Source of the DNA: Ascidiaceihabitans sp. | GTDB lineage: Bacteria > Pseudomonadota > Alphaproteobacteria > Rhodobacterales > Rhodobacteraceae | Strand: one strand, 5' to 3' | NCBI RefSeq assembly: GCF_039975415.1 | Contig: NZ_JBDWHD010000004.1 | Length of the DNA stretch: 64,000 nt | Shown: piece after piece, positions 59,128-64,000 of the stretch | Layout of the letters: every line of letters begins with the position of its first letter | How positions within the stretch are numbered: position 1 is the stretch's first letter | Made by a program: the position numbers and the translations under genes | Notes under the pieces: generated by a model | What the model saw: only the letters and a program-made list of their open reading frames with translations | Database searches by the model: none | Told to the model about the DNA's origin: nothing

Positions 59128-60441
59128 TCACGCAGGGCGGGTGACAGGCCCGTCTTCTGTGAAAACAACCTTGCGGCCTGCTGCGATGTCCGGTCGAAAC
59201 AGATTACCGATAATGCGCAATGCATCGGCTTGACCGGCTGCCGCGAAACGATCAGGGCACCGCACGCGCAATGAATTGTCAAAACCGCGTGCCGCATGCG
59301 CCCAGATCATCGGATGCAATTCCGTCAGGTGTTCGCGAATGATCCACTTGGCGCAGTCTGCGATTTGGCTGCGCACCTGATCCGCTTCGTCATGCCCGCC
59401 ACGGGCATTGCCCATAGTGTTGGCGCAATACGCCGCCATCAGGTTCACAATGTACTGGTTGTTGGTACGCTCGAGAATATCACGCAGGCCGTCCACAAAG
59501 AACGAAACATCAAGCCGCGCACAGGCCTCGTCGTCAAATGCGATAGCGTCCAGCTGAACCCAGGTGTACGCGCCTGCGCCCCATGTGCTTTGTGTCCGTG
59601 ATGCGGTACGGCGCGCTTCCAGTTCCAGTTGGTTGTAATCCCCGAACCAGCGTGGAAGCAAATGGTTGCCCATGGCACGCATCGCGCGTGCATTTTCCGG
59701 GTCCAGATCAATAAGTTGCTGGTATGCATCGGCAATTTTGAGTTTTCCGTCAGGGCACCCACCACGCAAAGCACATTCAGCGGCGGCCAGAAATGCAGGC
59801 TTTGGCGTCAAGGATTGAAAGGGTTCCAGAATGTCACGGGCGCGGTCAAAGTGGGCTTGGAAAGCTTCTTTGTTGCGTTGGCACACCTCAGCGTCCCAGC
59901 ACGTCCCGCGCCATGCCCAAGCAATGTCCATATGCGCATGGGCCACGATGGCAGCGATGATGTAGTCTTGACCGCACTCAGCCAGCACCTCTTCAAGCGC
60001 TTCAATCCCGGCTAGAATGGGCGCACCCTTGGCTGGTTTGCCAGAAAGCAATGCGTGTTCACAGGCCTGTACGACGTCTGCGCGCGCACCATAGCTTATC
60101 AGATCCGCGACCGGCATACCGCCTGACGTTTTGCTCAGGGATCTGTCAGCCAATCGTATAGCGCTTGAAATATCATGCCAGTTTTCTTGCCGTGCCAGAC
60201 GTTGGCCGCGCATCTGGTGAAAGTCCCGTTCGCGGTCCTCGGCCGTGGGGTCGGGGCAGGGGATCACCAATGCGTCTGTATCGTTTTGGGTTGGCGTTTG
60301 ATTTTGGCGTGCAGCAACGCGTTTTGGACGGACATGGGTGTGCGGAACAACAACGCCGTCCTCGTCAATATGAGGTGTGGCGCGTTTGAAGGCGCCCAAA
60401 ATAGGGTTAACCGTTTTTGAAATATAAGATGCCAATTGCAT
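59128..60441 (-). CDS. Hypothetical protein (437 aa)
   Basis: Long ORF with coding-like composition. I chose ATG 60441 (MQLASY). No motif recognised. Confidence 0.55.
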   Translation of the reverse strand: MQLASYISKTVNPILGAFKRATPHIDEDGVVVPHTHVRPKRVAARQNQTPTQNDTDALVIPCPDPTAEDRERDFHQMRGQRLARQENWHDISSAIRLADRSLSKTSGGMPVADLISYGARADVVQACEHALLSGKPAKGAPILAGIEALEEVLAECGQDYIIAAIVAHAHMDIAWAWRGTCWDAEVCQRNKEAFQAHFDRARDILEPFQSLTPKPAFLAAAECALRGGCPDGKLKIADAYQQLIDLDPENARAMRAMGNHLLPRWFGDYNQLELEARRTASRTQSTWGAGAYTWVQLDAIAFDDEACARLDVSFFVDGLRDILERTNNQYIVNLMAAYCANTMGNARGGHDEADQVRSQIADCAKWIIREHLTELHPMIWAHAARGFDNSLRVRCPDRFAAAGQADALRIIGNLFRPDIAAGRKVVFTEDGPVTRPA

Positions 60442-60774
60442 AGACAGACCATCCTGGACCATTAAAGAACTGACCCTAATCTGCCCAAGCAATGGGGCCG
60501 AAACGTGGCGCGGACGCGAAAGTTTCGCGCTTATGTTTTGGCAAAATGGCTTATTTTGTTAGCAGAAACTTAACATTTGGCCTCAATTCCCGCCTTGGTA
60601 GCGGAGGTTGCACTTTATGAGGGAGGGGCTGCATTTTGCGTCGCCCAATTGCGTGCGCAAAGATTTAACGCATAGCGCGAAACAGTCGTCACGGGACCCT
60701 GTCATTGTTTCACGCGGGCCTCAATCAGACTGGCCAGACTTGCAATCTGCAGATACATATTTGCATAGTTTGGC

Positions 60775-61473
60775 ATGAAACACGCGACCTCTCTTTTGTT
60801 ATTCATGGTTCTTATGGCGGCGCCTGTGGCTGCTGTCCCAAACGAACCGTTGCGTCCAGACACTAGCCAAGACGTGGTTCGGGACGCTGACGGAAATTCA
60901 GTTAAAGACCTGCGTCCCAAGGCCAGATCAGGCCATATGCCACGCACCCGTTGGACCCATCAGCCGGGCCATTTGTTGTGGAACAGGGCAGCCTTGACCG
61001 CTTTGAAGACCCATGGGAAGCCCCTGACGGACATGGTGCCGGGTGATATTCAAAACTGGTGCCCCCGATATCCGGATGCAAATGACGCCGACCGGCGTGC
61101 GTTTTGGCTTGGCTTTATGTCCGCACTGGCGAAATTCGAAAGCACCTACAAGCCCCGCGCCGTTGGCGGAGGCGGGCGTTGGTACGGTCTGTTGCAAATC
61201 TTGCCTGCGACGGCGCGTGGCTACAAATGCAATGTCGGCACTGGTGAGGCACTGCGCAACGGTGCGGCCAACCTAAGCTGTGCGGTGCGCATTATGGCCT
61301 TTACCGTGCCGCGGGACGGGCTTGTGCATGGCAAGGATCGCAAGTGGCGTGGCGTCAGTGCCGATTGGGGGCCAATGCGCTCAACCGCCAAGCGGGCCGA
61401 CATGGCAGGGTGGTTAAAACGGCAACCTTATTGCGCTTTGCCCGATGCGATACGGCCCAAAGCGCGGCCATAA
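60775..61473 (+). CDS. Lytic transglycosylase (SLT-domain) with signal peptide
   Basis: Signal peptide MKHATSLLLFMVLMAAPVAA. Catalytic-type motif LAKFESTYKP followed by YGLLQI. Confidence 0.78.
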   Translation: MKHATSLLLFMVLMAAPVAAVPNEPLRPDTSQDVVRDADGNSVKDLRPKARSGHMPRTRWTHQPGHLLWNRAALTALKTHGKPLTDMVPGDIQNWCPRYPDANDADRRAFWLGFMSALAKFESTYKPRAVGGGGRWYGLLQILPATARGYKCNVGTGEALRNGAANLSCAVRIMAFTVPRDGLVHGKDRKWRGVSADWGPMRSTAKRADMAGWLKRQPYCALPDAIRPKARP

Positions 61474-61495
61474 CGCGCAAGACTGACCGGTCCAG

Positions 61496-61924
61496 CTACA
61501 TAAAGCCGAAGTGATGTCTTTCGGTCTTGATGTCTCTGTTTTTCAGGTCCGCCTCGATGGCGTCTGCGGGTGGTGTGGCTTCAAAAGGAACTTTCACCCG
61601 CCGCCCGTTGTGCAAGACCAATGCCATACGGACAGACAGGTCCAATCGGGTGTCAAAGCGTACGTGGTCCACACGGTTCCATGCCACTTTACCTGTTTTG
61701 GCCCCAGCAAACCAGGTGATGTCTGTGGCGGCAATCTTCATACCGGCTTGGCGCGCCGTGAGCAGATCATATAGCGCAGGTAGGGTCGCAACACATAGGA
61801 TCGCAGCGATCCATAGGGCCATATCGATCCAAAGCACCAATGCAGTGACACAGGCCCACACCGCCAGAACCGTCAGCAGTGTTGCGCGGTTTCGTCCCGA
61901 TCGCGTGTAATCGAAGTCCGTCAT
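61496..61924 (-). CDS. Hypothetical membrane protein (two TM helices plus a small soluble domain)
   Basis: ATG 61924 forms an ATGA overlap with the upstream gene stop. Two hydrophobic helices precede a beta-rich C-terminal part. Confidence 0.55.
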   Translation of the reverse strand: MTDFDYTRSGRNRATLLTVLAVWACVTALVLWIDMALWIAAILCVATLPALYDLLTARQAGMKIAATDITWFAGAKTGKVAWNRVDHVRFDTRLDLSVRMALVLHNGRRVKVPFEATPPADAIEADLKNRDIKTERHHFGFM

Positions 61925-62451
61925 GACAGATGGAATGCGCGTTTGATATCCACCAAAGCCTCTGATTGGCGCGTGGACAACGGATGTCCGGTGCTGTGTA
62001 TCGTGCCCTGAATGACGGCCATCAACACACCAAAGCTTTGACCTTTGTCCAGCGCGTACAGCCGTTTTGACAGGCGTTTCACAGCCGCATCTGCCCCGCC
62101 GCAAGTTTCCACAAACCATTGTCCAAGGACTGCAATTTCCTGTGCCTGCTGGCTGTCCAACTCTAGGTGGTTGCGCAGTTGTGCATCCAACGCGGTGCGC
62201 CCGTCTTGGGTCGGAAGATCATCCAACGCCATAAAGGCCGCGGACAATCCGCCTAAGGCCAGTTTCGGGTCGTCGATGCTGTCGACGGGATGGATGTTTT
62301 GCTTGCGTCGAAACCCAAAGCGACGGGCGGCTGCACGAACATCAGACGCGACATCCATCAGTTCAGACGCCATTTCCGCGCCACGTCTTGCACGAATGAC
62401 CATGAAATAGGCGGCTGTGGCCAATCCGATAAGTCCCAGAATGAACGGCAT
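61921..62451 (-). CDS. TerB-like (DjlA N-terminal-like) membrane-anchored protein
   Basis: N-terminal TM helix, then a helical domain resembling TerB-family proteins. The assignment is from memory and tentative. Confidence 0.5.
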   Translation of the reverse strand: MPFILGLIGLATAAYFMVIRARRGAEMASELMDVASDVRAAARRFGFRRKQNIHPVDSIDDPKLALGGLSAAFMALDDLPTQDGRTALDAQLRNHLELDSQQAQEIAVLGQWFVETCGGADAAVKRLSKRLYALDKGQSFGVLMAVIQGTIHSTGHPLSTRQSEALVDIKRAFHLS

Positions 62452-62501
62452 GTGATCCTCTTACTCTTTAATGCATGTTATTGAAGAGACATCTTATACA
62501 G

Positions 62502-63236
62502 TTACCGGCCACCCGTCACATCCAAAGCAGAGCCCGTGATGTAGCTTGCGTCCTGCGACATCAACCACAACACGGAGCGGGCAATTTCCATGGCAGATCC
62601 GGTGCGCTGCATGGGCACCATATGGGCCAGACGTTCTGCGCGGTCGGGTTCTCCGCCTTTGGCATGGATGTCGGTTTCGATCAGACCGGGGCGCACGGCC
62701 ATGACGCGAACGCCTTGCGGGGCCAGCTCATCGGACAAACCTTTGGTAAATGTATCGATCGCCCCTTTGGAAGCGGCATAGTCTACATACTGGTTCCCCG
62801 ATCCCAAACGTGCAGCCGCAGAGGAAATATTGATGATGCTGCCACCGGATCGCAATCGTTGCGCTGCCCCTTTGGCCATCATCACGGCCCCCAGTAGATT
62901 GACCTCGAACATACGCGCAATGCGGGCGTAATCCATGTCGACCAATTGGGCCTTTTGCCCGACAATGCCTGCGTTGTTGATCAATGCATGCATCACACCA
63001 AATTCGGCATCAAGGGTGTCATAGATACGGTCCACATCCTGCGGCTTGGATACGTCGCCCTGCACAAGGATGACACGGGCGCCGTGGGCCTCGGCAGACA
63101 CACGGGCTGCTTCAGCGCCATTCAGGTCCGAATTGTAGTTCAGTAGAATATCGTAGCCCTTTTGGGCGGCCAATTCGACACAAGCAGCACCGATACCTGC
63201 GGAGCCTCCGGTGACCAAAACAACAGGTCTGGACAT
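62502..63236 (-). CDS. Short-chain dehydrogenase/reductase (SDR)
   Basis: VTGGSAGIG cofactor motif, NNAG, and the S...YxxxK catalytic pattern (YAASK). Confidence 0.9.
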   Translation of the reverse strand: MSRPVVLVTGGSAGIGAACVELAAQKGYDILLNYNSDLNGAEAARVSAEAHGARVILVQGDVSKPQDVDRIYDTLDAEFGVMHALINNAGIVGQKAQLVDMDYARIARMFEVNLLGAVMMAKGAAQRLRSGGSIINISSAAARLGSGNQYVDYAASKGAIDTFTKGLSDELAPQGVRVMAVRPGLIETDIHAKGGEPDRAERLAHMVPMQRTGSAMEIARSVLWLMSQDASYITGSALDVTGGR

Positions 63237-63310
63237 GGTATGTTCCTTTTTCTTTAGGTCTTTTCTTTAAAACACCACGGAAGGGGCAGCAGGATGGGCG
63301 CTGGCCCCCT

Positions 63311-64000
63311 TCAAGCTTCGCGGATACGTCCAATCATCTCGGCGGTGTCGCGACTTAGGCCGGGCGTATTGGCGATGCGTTCCAATTGCGCTTTTATCAA
63401 GGTCTGACGAATGGCATCGTAGCGGCGCCAAGTTTGAAAGGCGGAACACATGCGCGCGGTGGTTTGTGGATTAACTGGGTCCAGTTTGATCAACCAGTCC
63501 GCCAGCAATGCATACCCTGATCCATCTTTTGCGTGAAAGCCTGCATGATGCATGGCCAAAGCGCCCAAAGTGGCGCGAAAGCGGTTGGGATTTTTCCAGT
63601 TGAAATCATGGTGCCGTGTAAGGGCCGTGGCCGTATCGGCAGCATCATCGGGCTTGGCCTTCATCACTTGCAGACCGAACCACTTGTCCATCACCAGCCG
63701 GTCATCTTTCCATTGGGCTTCAAATGCACCAAGGGCTGCGTCGCCTTGCTCGGCTCCGATCAAAAAGCCCAGGGCTGCAAGCTGTTGTGTCATGTTGGTG
63801 GCAGCGTCGTATTGGGCCTGGGCCACCGCACCGCCATCGCGGCGGGTGATCAGTGCCAGCATGGCATTGCCAAGGGCGCGTTTGCCCGATTGGGCCGCGT
63901 CCGGGGCATAGTCTTGGGTCACCTGATGGGCATCATACAAGGGATGCAGCATATCTTGCAGGGCTTCGGCCTGCGCCTCGCGCATCGCATCGACAGCAAG
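63311..64000 (-). CDS. pepN: Aminopeptidase N, C-terminal part (5' end lies outside the window)
   Basis: The PepN C-terminal helical domain pattern (...NPNRFRA..GA....FH..DGSGY...A......DP.NPQ..AR...) stays open to the window edge in the same frame. Confidence 0.85.
   Translation of the reverse strand, partial: LAVDAMREAQAEALQDMLHPLYDAHQVTQDYAPDAAQSGKRALGNAMLALITRRDGGAVAQAQYDAATNMTQQLAALGFLIGAEQGDAALGAFEAQWKDDRLVMDKWFGLQVMKAKPDDAADTATALTRHHDFNWKNPNRFRATLGALAMHHAGFHAKDGSGYALLADWLIKLDPVNPQTTARMCSAFQTWRRYDAIRQTLIKAQLERIANTPGLSRDTAEMIGRIREA

Overview
This window looks like chromosomal DNA from an alphaproteobacterium, most likely Rhodobacterales. That inference rests on gene content: Hint-domain proteins, DUF2484-like small membrane genes inside the division cluster, a CcsR-type sRNA locus and a terminated mraZ leader.

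The core (about 14.8-41.6 kb, plus strand) is the dcw cell-division and cell-wall cluster: mraZ-rsmH-ftsL-ftsI-murE-murF-mraY-[insert]-murD-[insert]-ftsW-murG-murC-[six tiny membrane genes]-murB-ddl-ftsQ-ftsA-ftsZ-lpxC. It is followed by bamD and recN.
- Left flank: ctaD with associated membrane genes, two divergent Hint-domain genes (one decayed), lipB, a DsbA-like gene, a class-3 lipase, a convergent tRNA-Leu/tRNA-Gly pair, MAPEG, an epimerase-like gene, a nitroreductase, a DUF1127 gene with three CcsR-type sRNA units, and apbC.
- Right flank: a ClC channel, DUF427, aminopeptidase P, cobS-racemase-cobT, a receiver protein with Glu at the phospho-acceptor position, a J-domain protein, BolA, a thioesterase, a frameshifted Sel1-like gene, gatB, an SLT transglycosylase, an SDR and the 3' end of pepN.

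I found no CRISPR array, transposase, integrase or rRNA. The signals most worth a second look are:
1. A chain of six translationally coupled small membrane-protein genes between murC and murB.
2. A membrane-anchor plus TPR gene pair, with near-identical 126/252-bp repeats, inserted between mraY and murD.
3. An anti-Shine-Dalgarno (CCUCCUCCC) sRNA array behind a DUF1127 gene.
4. A strong intrinsic terminator inside the mraZ leader (UpsM-like).
5. A 165-bp element with 26-bp terminal inverted repeats downstream of recN.

Family names are recalled from memory and motif inspection. No database search was run.
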